Below, piece by piece: positions 19,281 to 28,559 of a DNA stretch of 64,000 nucleotides. The notes beneath the pieces are model-generated. The model was not told the origin of the DNA. It did no database searches and saw only the letters and a program-made list of their open reading frames with translations. The position numbers and the translations under genes are program-made. Location of the stretch: positions 62,001 through 126,000 of IMG/VR virus record IMGVR_UViG_3300047320_000285. One strand, written 5' to 3'. The first letter of the stretch is position 1, and each line of letters begins with the position of its first letter.

Positions 19281-20030
19281 ATGTTTCTGTTCTTCTCGTT
19301 CTCCGGATACGATGCTTCGGGTGGCGCACACGACCTGATTGGTAAAACCATCGGTACCACGTGGGCGGACCTGACGACACTGCTCGATGCCAACCTTGAA
19401 GCGGAAGAGAGCGACCCGCACTTCCCACGGCGCTCCAACTTGCTCGAGTACGTGCAGGTGCTGAATATCGAGACGCTCGAAAAGCGTACCGCGGGTATTG
19501 ATGCCAAGCGCAACGATGAGGGCGTGTGGGTCGTGGAGGACTTCTGGTTCTTTACCGACGACGCCGTGCCGTTCCTCGAGGGCATCCCGTACACCCCACC
19601 CCCTCCGAAACCGAAACCGGTCCCGCCGCCCAAACCCCAACCGGCTGACTATATCTACTACAAGCTGAGCGCGGTAGCACTGGTGCGTCAGTTTGAAGGC
19701 GGTAAGGTCGCCGAGCAAAAGCGTTTTGCGTTTATGTGCAAGCGCCCGAAGGACAAGCCGTTCATCGAATTGCTGGATCAGCCCTGCGAAGCTATCATCG
19801 ACATGGTCACCAAAGCATTCCTGCACCGCCATGGCGAGCGTCTGAATGAAGTGTACGGTCGGATGACGTGGCATGTGCAGATCGCGGGCTACAACTCCAA
19901 GCCGTGGGTAGACTACAGTCCGAACTTCGGTGAGTTCGAAGCCTTGCCGGAGACGCAGGTTGATGCCCTGCAGAAATCCAACCCGACCTACGAGGAATTC
20001 GATGTCCAACGACCGAACGACGGATCCTAA
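19281..20030 (+). CDS. two-domain hypothetical protein with proline-rich linker
   Basis: AAGG RBS; PPPPKPKPVPPPKPQP linker. Confidence 0.75.
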   Translation: MFLFFSFSGYDASGGAHDLIGKTIGTTWADLTTLLDANLEAEESDPHFPRRSNLLEYVQVLNIETLEKRTAGIDAKRNDEGVWVVEDFWFFTDDAVPFLEGIPYTPPPPKPKPVPPPKPQPADYIYYKLSAVALVRQFEGGKVAEQKRFAFMCKRPKDKPFIELLDQPCEAIIDMVTKAFLHRHGERLNEVYGRMTWHVQIAGYNSKPWVDYSPNFGEFEALPETQVDALQKSNPTYEEFDVQRPNDGS

Positions 20031-20208
20031 ACTGGATAGTCTGGCCCGTCACATCGGCGGGCAAGGTTTCACTCCGGAAGAGAAAGCCGACTTTCGGGAA
20101 GAGTACCGTAGTTGGCCAGTGCAAGAACTAGCAGCGGCTTACGTCCGCGAAACTTTCAAGGCACAGCTGTTGCTCGAGATTCTCAGCACACGCGTGATTA
20201 TTGAATAA
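20002..20208 (+). CDS. small hypothetical protein
   Basis: RBS GAGGA before ATG 20002. Confidence 0.6.
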   Translation: MSNDRTTDPKLDSLARHIGGQGFTPEEKADFREEYRSWPVQELAAAYVRETFKAQLLLEILSTRVIIE

Positions 20209-20225
20209 CAATAAGGAAGACTATT

Positions 20226-21161
20226 GTGAGCATTCTCTCTGACCGTCAGATCAAAGCGCTGTGCACAAAACCCACCCATACGACGTTGGTGGATAATTGG
20301 GATACTCGCGAGGTTTTCAGCGAGAATGGTTACTGGGTCGATCCGGCTACTGGTTCGACCTTTCGCCGCGATGCCGACCTCCGAGCACAGCCATTGGTTG
20401 GCGAACCCAGCCGCCCTACCATGATCGAACCGTTTGTGCCGAATCAGGTGAAAACGCTGATTCGGCTCTGCGAGGATTTCCGAGTATCATTGATGCGTTA
20501 TGTCGATAATCCGCCCCGGCATCACGATCAGAGCACGGTGCCGGTGGCATCGGTCGAACGTGCTAAGCGGATCTTGGTCGACCCAACATGGCTGTGGCGA
20601 GATAAAGAAAAGTCGTTGATGGCGCACGATGATCTTCCTTTTCCGAGCCGCACACAAGACGGTGCCTACAAGGCCGGCTTTGTGGAGAATGAAGAACGCG
20701 TCATCTCGTATGGCCTGACGTCCTACGGCTACGATGTGCGACTGGGTCGCAAGTTCAAGATCTTCACTAACATCAATTCCACGGTGATCGATCCGATGAA
20801 GATGTCGGATGACTGCTACGTGGACTTTGAAGGTGACGTCTGTATCATCCCGCCCCACAGCTACGTGCTGGGTCACACGATCGAATACTTCCGGATGCCC
20901 AAAGACGTGGTCGCGGTGTGTCTGGGCAAGTCGACGTATGCGCGCGCGGGCGCGGCCATTAACGTTACGCCGATCGAACCCGGCTTTGAAGGTCAAGTCG
21001 TGATCGAGATCGCCAACCAGACGCCGCTACCCATGAAGGTCTACGCCAACATGGGGATTGCGCAGTTTATGTTCCATCGGGGTGAGCCCTGTATGGTGTC
21101 GTACGCGGATCGTGGCGGCAAGTATCAGGGTCAACAAGGCGTTACGACAGCGAGGGTGTGA
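20226..21161 (+). CDS. dcd: dCTP deaminase with two N-terminal insertions
   Basis: [56 protein letters not shown] motifs. Confidence 0.92.
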   Translation: MSILSDRQIKALCTKPTHTTLVDNWDTREVFSENGYWVDPATGSTFRRDADLRAQPLVGEPSRPTMIEPFVPNQVKTLIRLCEDFRVSLMRYVDNPPRHHDQSTVPVASVERAKRILVDPTWLWRDKEKSLMAHDDLPFPSRTQDGAYKAGFVENEERVISYGLTSYGYDVRLGRKFKIFTNINSTVIDPMKMSDDCYVDFEGDVCIIPPHSYVLGHTIEYFRMPKDVVAVCLGKSTYARAGAAINVTPIEPGFEGQVVIEIANQTPLPMKVYANMGIAQFMFHRGEPCMVSYADRGGKYQGQQGVTTARV

Positions 21162-21163
21162 AC

Positions 21164-21325
21164 ATGGCGAAGAATAAACGTACTCCGTGGACGAAGGAGC
21201 AGGTCGAGGAATTCGTGGCATGGCACGATGCTCGACTGAAGGAACTGAACTATCCGCCAGAACTGGTTAAAGAACTGACGGATGCTCGTGAACGCTGGTT
21301 ACCCGTCCCAACCGTGGGTGTTTAA
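21164..21325 (+). CDS. small hypothetical protein (53 aa, below ORF-track cutoff)
   Basis: GAGGG RBS; MAKNKRTPWTKEQVEEF...; fills the gap between dcd and 21336. Confidence 0.55.
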   Translation: MAKNKRTPWTKEQVEEFVAWHDARLKELNYPPELVKELTDARERWLPVPTVGV

Positions 21326-21335
21326 GGAGGCTGTC

Positions 21336-21698
21336 ATGTTTCTGCATTACTGGCAAATCGCCAAAGCGATGGATGCGGCCAAGGCGACGAATCCTCGCAC
21401 CCTCGTCGGAGCCCGGGTCAATTACCAATTCGTCCACGACTCAGACGACACGGAGGCTGGTCGGAATAACGGCTTCTGTGGTTTGTTTGGTTGGGTGTAC
21501 GAACATACGAATCCGGAAGCCGATGATACCGAGCCGATGGACTTGGTCATTGCGTTCGATACCACCATCGACGAGTTCTTTGTGACCCAGTCGGTGAAAG
21601 CAGTCTTTGCTCGTGAGCAGTTGGCGGGCGACTCAACCAGTCTCAACCAAGCCGAACACGCCAAATTGATCGATAACGTGGTCTTCGGTCCCGAGTAA
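21336..21698 (+). CDS. hypothetical protein
   Basis: RBS AAGGAGG before ATG 21336. Confidence 0.75.
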   Translation: MFLHYWQIAKAMDAAKATNPRTLVGARVNYQFVHDSDDTEAGRNNGFCGLFGWVYEHTNPEADDTEPMDLVIAFDTTIDEFFVTQSVKAVFAREQLAGDSTSLNQAEHAKLIDNVVFGPE

Positions 21699-21765
21699 CT
21701 TTACACTGAATACGGTCCTGTAAATCCCAGTTGCAGGCCGTTTTGATTAAACAAGGAGAGTCACA

Positions 21766-22266
21766 ATGTCTGAAGCCGTGAAGCAAGTGAATATCGAATA
21801 CGCGATCAAGGGCTACTACCTGCGACTAGTGCGCCTCGACGCCACCGGCGCAGTACGGGAAAGCGAGCCGTATAGCTTCTTGCGCAAGAAGCTCGGTACC
21901 ATTGAATCCGGCCCCCTGAATGAGCCCGGTGAGTGGACCAGCGGTTGGGATTACTCGATCGAAGAGATGACGACGTCGGCTTATCTCTTCCCGGATCCGG
22001 ATCTGGCGGCGGCCGAAATCAAGCGCTTGGCGGAACTCCCGATGGCGCTCGATACCGATAACCCGGATCCGGAAGACAAGACTGGTTGGTTGGTGCCGCA
22101 TCCGGACATGCAGGCCGTGCTGGATAAAGACTACATGCACGAACCAGTCCATGTGCGTTTTGAAATCATGCCTGTGCTGGAGATTACACCGATGCCCGTG
22201 GCAAACTACAGCTGGACCTTGCAAAAGGCTGATCTCGAAGGCAATCCGATTCCGAAGGAGGCATGA
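21766..22266 (+). CDS. hypothetical protein
   Basis: RBS AAGGAG. Confidence 0.75.
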   Translation: MSEAVKQVNIEYAIKGYYLRLVRLDATGAVRESEPYSFLRKKLGTIESGPLNEPGEWTSGWDYSIEEMTTSAYLFPDPDLAAAEIKRLAELPMALDTDNPDPEDKTGWLVPHPDMQAVLDKDYMHEPVHVRFEIMPVLEITPMPVANYSWTLQKADLEGNPIPKEA

Positions 22267-22745
22267 TGAACATACGCAAAACGCCGACGGCGGAAGCCAT
22301 CGATCGGATGGACAAGGAACTCGAAGAACGGATCGATAAGTACGGCTTTACGTTCATGGGGGTGTTCTCCACCGAAGACCAGACAGGTACCAATTTCGTG
22401 TACACGATCGGGTTGACTGAAAAAGGTTTGCCCGAAGTGTTCGTCTCAGGTAACTTTGCTTTGCAGTCGCTGCAACATCTCGCGGGTACTGTGGCTGAAG
22501 AATTGGTCCAGCATGCGCTCAATGGCACGCAGCCTGTGTTGGGGATCCGGACCGAGTTGTTCAATCTGCCCGTCGAGCTGCGTTCGGTGCAGAACGTGAA
22601 TAAACTCAACGGTGCCACTCGCTTCTACGGCGACCGTGTGCGGGTGATCCAGTTGGTCTGGTCGGACGATCAAGGCAACATGCCGCATGAAGCTGGGTAC
22701 GATCACGAGAAATTCCCGCAAGAGATCTTGCCGGCCATACAGTGA
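22263..22745 (+). CDS. DUF4262-like protein
   Basis: I.KYGF...GV...FVYTIGL...GLPE..V.G and QLVWSD..G..P motifs. Confidence 0.7.
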   Translation: MMNIRKTPTAEAIDRMDKELEERIDKYGFTFMGVFSTEDQTGTNFVYTIGLTEKGLPEVFVSGNFALQSLQHLAGTVAEELVQHALNGTQPVLGIRTELFNLPVELRSVQNVNKLNGATRFYGDRVRVIQLVWSDDQGNMPHEAGYDHEKFPQEILPAIQ

Positions 22746-22754
22746 GGAGGCGTT

Positions 22755-23075
22755 ATGATTGAGTTGCAAGAAGCCATTAACACCGGCACACTTGTGAAGT
22801 GGTTTGAAGCACATGCCGCCACACCCGCAGTATTAATGCGTCAATACGCCAACTTGTTGGCCGCGGTTGCGAAAGAATTTCCGGGCATTGCTGAAGTCGC
22901 TATCGGCGCGGAACTTGGTCAGTATCACGGAGTGACCGGCTACATGTTCTTCTACACATTCGAGAACGGGAACTTCAACCTGTTCGCACAGCTGAATGCG
23001 GATAGCAAGATCGAATCCATCGAACGTGTTAGTGGCGAGCACCGTCAAACGCCCGGCATGGGGGCATCGCACTAG
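22755..23075 (+). CDS. hypothetical protein
   Basis: RBS GAGGAGG. Confidence 0.75.
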   Translation: MIELQEAINTGTLVKWFEAHAATPAVLMRQYANLLAAVAKEFPGIAEVAIGAELGQYHGVTGYMFFYTFENGNFNLFAQLNADSKIESIERVSGEHRQTPGMGASH

Positions 23076-23083
23076 GTTCTTTC

Positions 23084-23112
23084 TGCCCGCTCTTCGGAGT
23101 GGGCTGTATGCC
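23084..23112 (+). terminator. hairpin + TATGCC terminator-like element
   Basis: GCCCGCTC-TTCG-GAGTGGGC followed by TGTATGCC. Confidence 0.75.
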
Positions 23113-23194
23113 CGTTTTATTTCACAGCCTCGCACCATTACGTGGTGATGTCCCAGATCACCAGTCACACTTCCCTAGACTAAGGAGAAAGAAG

Positions 23195-23530
23195 ATGAAT
23201 GCCAAGAAGATCAAGTACACCAATCTGGATGTGCTACTGTCCAAACTGGAGACCAATCTCGAGCGGCTGCGCTTCGTGAAAGAAGCAGCCGAGCAAACGG
23301 AAGTCGAAGCCTTTATGGAAATCGACTTCGGGTTGCTGAATCTGGCCAACGAAACGCTCACGATGGTGACCGCCATGAGCATGTATCACCTGCACAATTC
23401 GGATGGTGCACAGACGTACGCGGCCACCGGTGAAGCACTAGGGGTTGGCTACGAGCGCATCCGCCAAATCGCGATGGAAGGCCGTGACAAGGTTACCATC
23501 CACAAAACCCGTCGTAACCGAGGAGAGTAA
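23195..23530 (+). CDS. protein with C-terminal sigma-70 region 4-like HTH
   Basis: RBS AAGGAG; QTYAATGEALGVGYERIRQI resembles the T.EE.G..LGV.RERIRQI consensus. Confidence 0.65.
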   Translation: MNAKKIKYTNLDVLLSKLETNLERLRFVKEAAEQTEVEAFMEIDFGLLNLANETLTMVTAMSMYHLHNSDGAQTYAATGEALGVGYERIRQIAMEGRDKVTIHKTRRNRGE

Positions 23531-23531
23531 C

Positions 23532-24344
23532 GTGCAAAACGAAGCAATCTTTGCGGCTGCCCAAGCAGCTGAGCTGACCCGTGTCAAGACGTGCTGCGAA
23601 GGCGTCGAGAACAAACTCTGTTCCACCGATGAATGGAAAGGCAATCTCGGGCCATTCGCGGCACAGATCGAGCGACGGACGATGGAACGTGCCATTGCGT
23701 TTGTCGAACGCGGCAGCTTCCTGCATGACGACGCCCCGGCCGCTCGCATGGCGCGTGAATGCGCTAAGGAAATGCGTAAGCAACTTCTGTCGTCCGATTA
23801 CGTGTTTGTCACCCCGACGACCTTGCAAAGTGCGGCTAAGGATCTGCTGAGTCCGATTGGTAGTTCGCTGAGTAGTCCGAGCAATCCGGCGCGCATGACC
23901 GAGGAGTATCGTCCCGACTTTGTGGCAACTCCGACACTCCCGCTCGAAGCACCGGTCGTCGCTAAACCAGAGGTGGCGATCGCGTGGTCAACGGCCATCA
24001 TGCTTTTCCGCACCCATCTCACGCAGAAGTTCCTCCGCGCCGGTATGCATGTGCTGGACATCGAAAAGATGCTCAAGGAAGCCGAAAAGACCTACTCGGC
24101 TGAGGCGGACGAGAAGCTGCAACAGCTGCTGGCAGAAGCGAACGTGTTGGCCGGGCGGTGGCCGCCGGATATTAAAGAACGACCCGACCATCCGATGGAT
24201 CCGATTCTCGGTGAGGAAAAACCTGCTGCGTTGCACGTGCACACCACAGATACGTCGGGTGACTTCACGTACGAGGCTAAAATCGCTGTTGTTGCCGAGA
24301 AGAAAAGCAAGATTGGTGAAGATGGTGTCCTGAAGAACGATTAA
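23532..24344 (+). CDS. hypothetical protein
   Basis: RBS AGGAGAG before GTG 23532. Confidence 0.7.
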   Translation: MQNEAIFAAAQAAELTRVKTCCEGVENKLCSTDEWKGNLGPFAAQIERRTMERAIAFVERGSFLHDDAPAARMARECAKEMRKQLLSSDYVFVTPTTLQSAAKDLLSPIGSSLSSPSNPARMTEEYRPDFVATPTLPLEAPVVAKPEVAIAWSTAIMLFRTHLTQKFLRAGMHVLDIEKMLKEAEKTYSAEADEKLQQLLAEANVLAGRWPPDIKERPDHPMDPILGEEKPAALHVHTTDTSGDFTYEAKIAVVAEKKSKIGEDGVLKND

Positions 24345-24353
24345 GCAGTCAGC

Positions 24354-24390
24354 GTCATAAGCCCCCGCCCGAAGGCGGGGGCGTTTATGC
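24354..24390. terminator. bidirectional terminator between convergent genes
   Basis: GTCATAA GCCCCCGCC-CGAA-GGCGGGGGC GTTTATGC. Confidence 0.8.
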
Positions 24391-24405
24391 TGGTTCTTTT
24401 TTCGA

Positions 24406-25980
24406 TTAAATGCCCGGCCCGTACAGGTTCACGGTGAAGCTCACCGCGTAGCTAAGCGGCGCTGACAGGGTGATGGTTACCACGCTGCCATTGGTGGTGA
24501 GGGTGGCTGTCACAGCACCCAGATTCTGCGCACAACGGAACACCGGTACCCAGTTACCCCGACTGCACGCTTCAAAATCCAAGGCGGTATAAGAGACACT
24601 GGTTTTGCCGGCAGCAATCGTCAGGGTCGGGGGATTATAAGTTTGCGGGATGATCCGCGCTTTCGTCGTCCCGGACAAGAAGGTCGTCCCGACGGGATTG
24701 AGGTTATGAATTCGGCACGCTGAGATACCGCGCGAGTTACTGTTCTGGACTTGGATAACTCCGGTTTTAAACGGTGCCAGCGTACCCGCCCCCGCGGCGT
24801 CGACAACGTCGTTCAGATCCAGTCCTTCGATATAGCCCGCTTTGATGGCAAAGTCTTGGGCTTCGCCTGCAATCACAGTGGCGTTACTCTGTAGCGCGTC
24901 CCAGCCGCTGGCGACCAGCTTAAGTTGATAGACGCTGGAGTCAGTCGGCACCAGGTTGATAAACGCATTGCCCAGTCGCTCACAGGCAACCCGATTCCAG
25001 ACCGAGCCTACCGTCAAGCCGGCAGTCGTGGTGCTGGCCAAGCGAGGGTCGAAGGTGTTAGACTGATACGCAAAATACGGGGTGTAGCCACAGAAATAGT
25101 CATCGAGATCGGCATGCACGCCCATTGAGCCGTTCTTGGGCAGGTAAAACGCTGCGCGCTGTTCAGCGTTGCTCGAACAGTTGGTCCACTTCCAGTCACC
25201 ACCGGTGCTGAGAATACACCACGTCGCATAGTTGCCACTGCTGCCCAGATTGTCCAGCGAGCTGTGACCGTTGTTACACCACGCGGTATAAGGAAAGCGC
25301 ACACCCGACACGAAGATGTCTTTGGCATCAAACTTGTGATTGCCCCCATTGCCAAAGATAATCCCGTCCATCTGGCAGCCGACGTTACCGGGCGCCGCAC
25401 CGGCTTGTCCGGGTCCGGTAATCTGGAAGCCCCGGTATTTGGCTGTGTTCAGTGGCGCGTGAGCGGAATAGACTGACAACGCAGCGGCGCCCGCACCCAG
25501 ATCGGACTTCCATTTAAGCGTCACACCATCGGCACCACCCCCAGCGCGAAAGGATTCACAGATCAGATGATGATCGACCAAGCTCAGCTCGGTGCCCGTA
25601 CAGTCATAGTTGCCCCGCACCAATTTGACGTTAGGGGTCAGAGGGGAGTCAAAGGCGGCCTGCATAGCGGCACCGGTCAGCGAGCTACCGGTGTAGTCGG
25701 CACCGTACCATACACCACAGTGGTAGTCATTGTAAATGGAGCCGGCGATGGCACCGCCTTGGGAAAGGTCAAAGATCTGCTGAAAGTCGCTGGCATCGAT
25801 GTAGGCATTGGCAAAGGTGATGGTCACGCCAGCCGCGGGCTGCAGCATGGCCCCGGGATCAAAACTGAGATAGCCACTCAGGGTAAGGTTAGTGGATACA
25901 GGGGTGAGGCCTGAGAGTTTGGTGAGGGTACTGGGAATACTCACGCTGGTAACTCCTTGTAAAGCGGATTCAACCATCAT
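24406..25980 (-). CDS. tailspike / beta-helix depolymerase-like protein
   Basis: WYGADYTG....AAMQAAFD motif that typically opens pectin-lyase-fold spikes; Gly/Asn/Ser-rich. Confidence 0.65.
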   Translation of the reverse strand: MMVESALQGVTSVSIPSTLTKLSGLTPVSTNLTLSGYLSFDPGAMLQPAAGVTITFANAYIDASDFQQIFDLSQGGAIAGSIYNDYHCGVWYGADYTGSSLTGAAMQAAFDSPLTPNVKLVRGNYDCTGTELSLVDHHLICESFRAGGGADGVTLKWKSDLGAGAAALSVYSAHAPLNTAKYRGFQITGPGQAGAAPGNVGCQMDGIIFGNGGNHKFDAKDIFVSGVRFPYTAWCNNGHSSLDNLGSSGNYATWCILSTGGDWKWTNCSSNAEQRAAFYLPKNGSMGVHADLDDYFCGYTPYFAYQSNTFDPRLASTTTAGLTVGSVWNRVACERLGNAFINLVPTDSSVYQLKLVASGWDALQSNATVIAGEAQDFAIKAGYIEGLDLNDVVDAAGAGTLAPFKTGVIQVQNSNSRGISACRIHNLNPVGTTFLSGTTKARIIPQTYNPPTLTIAAGKTSVSYTALDFEACSRGNWVPVFRCAQNLGAVTATLTTNGSVVTITLSAPLSYAVSFTVNLYGPGI

Positions 25981-26018
25981 AAACGGGGAGCCTCAGCTCC
26001 CCGGGCTTGCTTGTGCGA

Positions 26019-26774
26019 TTACTGGATCGCAGTTACCGTCCACGCATCGTCGACCAGACCGTTGTCGAAGACGAATTCGTACGGCAGATAGAAGTAACCA
26101 GCGTCACCCCAATCTGCACCCCACGAATTGCGCACGATCACGAGCTTACGGATACGATCGTAGCCGACAGCGAGAACCGCATGCCCTCCCATGCATTCCT
26201 CGGTGTCAACGTTCGGCATCGGTACCATCCCGTTAGCCGCCACTTCGTCCGACTCGAACGACGCGTAGACCGTGATCCCCATGACGATCGGAAAGCCTGC
26301 AGCCAGTGCATGCTCAAAGCTGGCCTGATCCACAGCCACGCGCTTGTAGGCGAGCGCGCGATGCTGCAGACCGTCGTTGAATGCTTCCATCGTCGGCACG
26401 TCTTTGAACTTCGCTTCATTGTACGGCCAAAGCGATTCTTGGCAGATCCCGTACTTCGCGATCAGCTTGATACCGTCACGGATCTGGGCTCCGCCGTCTT
26501 GGTCGACGTCACCTTCGTAGTTACGTTCGTTGAAATACACGAACAGCTCCGAGAGCTTGATGAAGGTTTCGCGCTGCTTGTTCTCATCGAACTCGACCGC
26601 GGCGACAATGGCAAAGCCCGTGCAACAGCCGAGCTGGTCTTGGTTCTGGATCGCGGAGCAACCCGGGCGCCAGTCCATCACGTCCGGCGTGTCTTGGGGT
26701 GCGGCGGCGTTGTAAAGGTGGTCACGGGCGTCGTGGCCATCACGCACGACGGCGTATTTGCGTTGTTGATTCAT
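26019..26774 (-). CDS. papain-like (C1A) cysteine peptidase
   Basis: DWR..., QDQLGCCTGFA (catalytic Cys), GGHAVLAVGYD (His), RNSWG..WGD.GYF (Asn). Confidence 0.92.
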   Translation of the reverse strand: MNQQRKYAVVRDGHDARDHLYNAAAPQDTPDVMDWRPGCSAIQNQDQLGCCTGFAIVAAVEFDENKQRETFIKLSELFVYFNERNYEGDVDQDGGAQIRDGIKLIAKYGICQESLWPYNEAKFKDVPTMEAFNDGLQHRALAYKRVAVDQASFEHALAAGFPIVMGITVYASFESDEVAANGMVPMPNVDTEECMGGHAVLAVGYDRIRKLVIVRNSWGADWGDAGYFYLPYEFVFDNGLVDDAWTVTAIQ

Positions 26775-26902
26775 ACTGAGACCCTGTGGAGGAACGAGCG
26801 ATAATGCTCATCTCATATAACTTATTTTTTGCCATAGTAAGGCACCTGTAAAAAACCACACAGACCTAGTGGTAACCTATGCAGTAGAAGTACCAACCAC
26901 CC

Positions 26903-27289
26903 GTGGAGGGGACTGTCATGATGTCGTGTATGTTCGGTGAGTGTGAGGCATTGCATCGCGAAAATCAAACGATTAGCTTTGCAGAACTCAAGCTCTTCCT
27001 CGAGGAGCGGTGTACTACTCAGGCCATCATGGTGCGCATCTTGGATCGCATGAACCAAGTGTGGGCCACCAATATCGACCTGACTGATCACGTGCTACTT
27101 ACGTATCAATCGTTCCGTGTTGTCCGAGACCCGACCAACGCCGAAGCGGTGAAGATTGAGTACTATGCAATGCCAAGCACCCGCACGCTGCCACGAGGCA
27201 CGCTGCCGTATGCCAGCACGTCGTTGCGCATTTCGTATAAAAAGATTATGGGCGTGTGGTCGGTTCAGCCGATGCTCGCCTACGCTTGA
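26903..27289 (+). CDS. hypothetical protein
   Basis: ORF track; GGAGGGG RBS before ATG at about 26918. Confidence 0.6.
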   Translation: MEGTVMMSCMFGECEALHRENQTISFAELKLFLEERCTTQAIMVRILDRMNQVWATNIDLTDHVLLTYQSFRVVRDPTNAEAVKIEYYAMPSTRTLPRGTLPYASTSLRISYKKIMGVWSVQPMLAYA

Positions 27290-27389
27290 GGATAACTCCA
27301 ACAAGCAAAACAAAAAGCCTGTGTGGCCGCCTCAGGGTTTTTTCCTGGGGTTGCCACCTTTTATGCCCTACGGAAACTAAGGAGATCTG

Positions 27390-27644
27390 ATGTTTGCTTG
27401 GCTTAAGAAAAACCTACTGCGCCGCAAGAATCGCGCACCCAAGTACGCGTCACCAGAATACTGGCGTGAGCGTTACGGGATTGAAGTACCGCCGTATCCG
27501 GATTGTCCGAGCTGCGACAAGAACAGTAACATCATCAGTGCGGGTGACAGTGGCTCGACGGGTGAAGCACGCTACTACTGTTGTAGCTGTCACGAGCATT
27601 TCTTCTCAGGCGGTTGGGGCAGCGGCATAGGGGCCCGACCGTAG
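27390..27644 (+). CDS. small Zn-ribbon protein
   Basis: RBS AAGGAG; CPSC...CCSC. Confidence 0.7.
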   Translation: MFAWLKKNLLRRKNRAPKYASPEYWRERYGIEVPPYPDCPSCDKNSNIISAGDSGSTGEARYYCCSCHEHFFSGGWGSGIGARP

Positions 27645-27658
27645 CCGGGCCGAGAGGC

Positions 27659-28015
27659 TTACGCTTTCATTGCCATGGGGATCGGGGCACCCGCGTTGTT
27701 CAGGGACACCGTGAACTTGAAACCCGCGGCTTTCGCTTCATCGAGCAGATGCTGCACGCGTTGCACGAGTTCGAGTTCGTCCCTGATGACGCGTTCAGCC
27801 TGACGTTGTTGCTTCTGCGCTTCTTCGGTAAAGCTGATACCGTCGAAGAGCTTATGGGCAAACTGAATCGCAGCCGAGCGGGGTGCAGCTTGAATGATCG
27901 GACCCAGTGCGGTACCGGTCGTATCGAGCAGACCGACCGCTTGGGCGATTTCGACTACACCCGGATCATTCAAGCGATTGCCCTGCGGGGTGACGTTCAG
28001 AATCGGTTCGGACAT
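27659..28015 (-). CDS. hypothetical protein (probable late gene)
   Basis: GGAG RBS and TATG 33 nt upstream; hairpin + TATGCC on the - strand downstream (27624-27651). Confidence 0.7.
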   Translation of the reverse strand: MSEPILNVTPQGNRLNDPGVVEIAQAVGLLDTTGTALGPIIQAAPRSAAIQFAHKLFDGISFTEEAQKQQRQAERVIRDELELVQRVQHLLDEAKAAGFKFTVSLNNAGAPIPMAMKA

Positions 28016-28057
28016 TATAAGACTCCAGTAAGTAGTTGGGGTTACCGCATAGCATTT

Positions 28058-28233
28058 GAGGGTATTGGGCTGGGTTGTGTTTAAGCGCGGCACTCGCGGG
28101 GAGTGGCCCACTGAGCCGGTTTACAGGTTTGGCCGGTCTTCCAAATCGGTGGAAAAGACCCGTTGGTAGGGATGGAGCCTTGTTCACTCCTGCCTGAATC
28201 CAACCCTTGGGCACAGTCCAGCGCAATACCCTT
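28058..28233 (+). ncRNA. putative structured RNA (multibranch, closed by a 28-bp stem), unknown class
   Basis: 28058-28085 pairs with 28206-28233 with one G-G mismatch and several G-U pairs; three or four internal hairpins. Confidence 0.6.
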
Positions 28234-28253
28234 TACTCCTTAAGAGAACAATA

Positions 28254-28559
28254 ATGAATCAAACTATCATGGTATCGAATCTGATTATTCTGTCTAACTC
28301 GTTCAGTAGTGCGGGTGGTGATGGCGCGCTGTTCCCGCATGCATGGGCGCTGCTCATTTGGTTCACGATCAGCGCAGTGGCTTTCGTGCTAGGTATGTTT
28401 CCGTGGATGGAGTGGAGCGATCAGCTCTATGCGCATCCGACTGCGAACTGGATGCACGAACACAACGCGCTGTATCGGCGCAAGCTGACTCTCTTGTTCG
28501 GCACAGTGTTGTTGATCTCCATTGTCAGTGCGGTTGTTCCACTTTACTTGGGGTTGTAA
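28254..28559 (+). CDS. small membrane protein
   Basis: Two hydrophobic segments. Confidence 0.65.
   Translation: MNQTIMVSNLIILSNSFSSAGGDGALFPHAWALLIWFTISAVAFVLGMFPWMEWSDQLYAHPTANWMHEHNALYRRKLTLLFGTVLLISIVSAVVPLYLGL

Noticed and set aside
20260-20700. Intein or intron within dcd
   Set aside because: The inserts are in frame, short, and lack the Cys/Ser start and His-Asn end of inteins; no intron core is visible.
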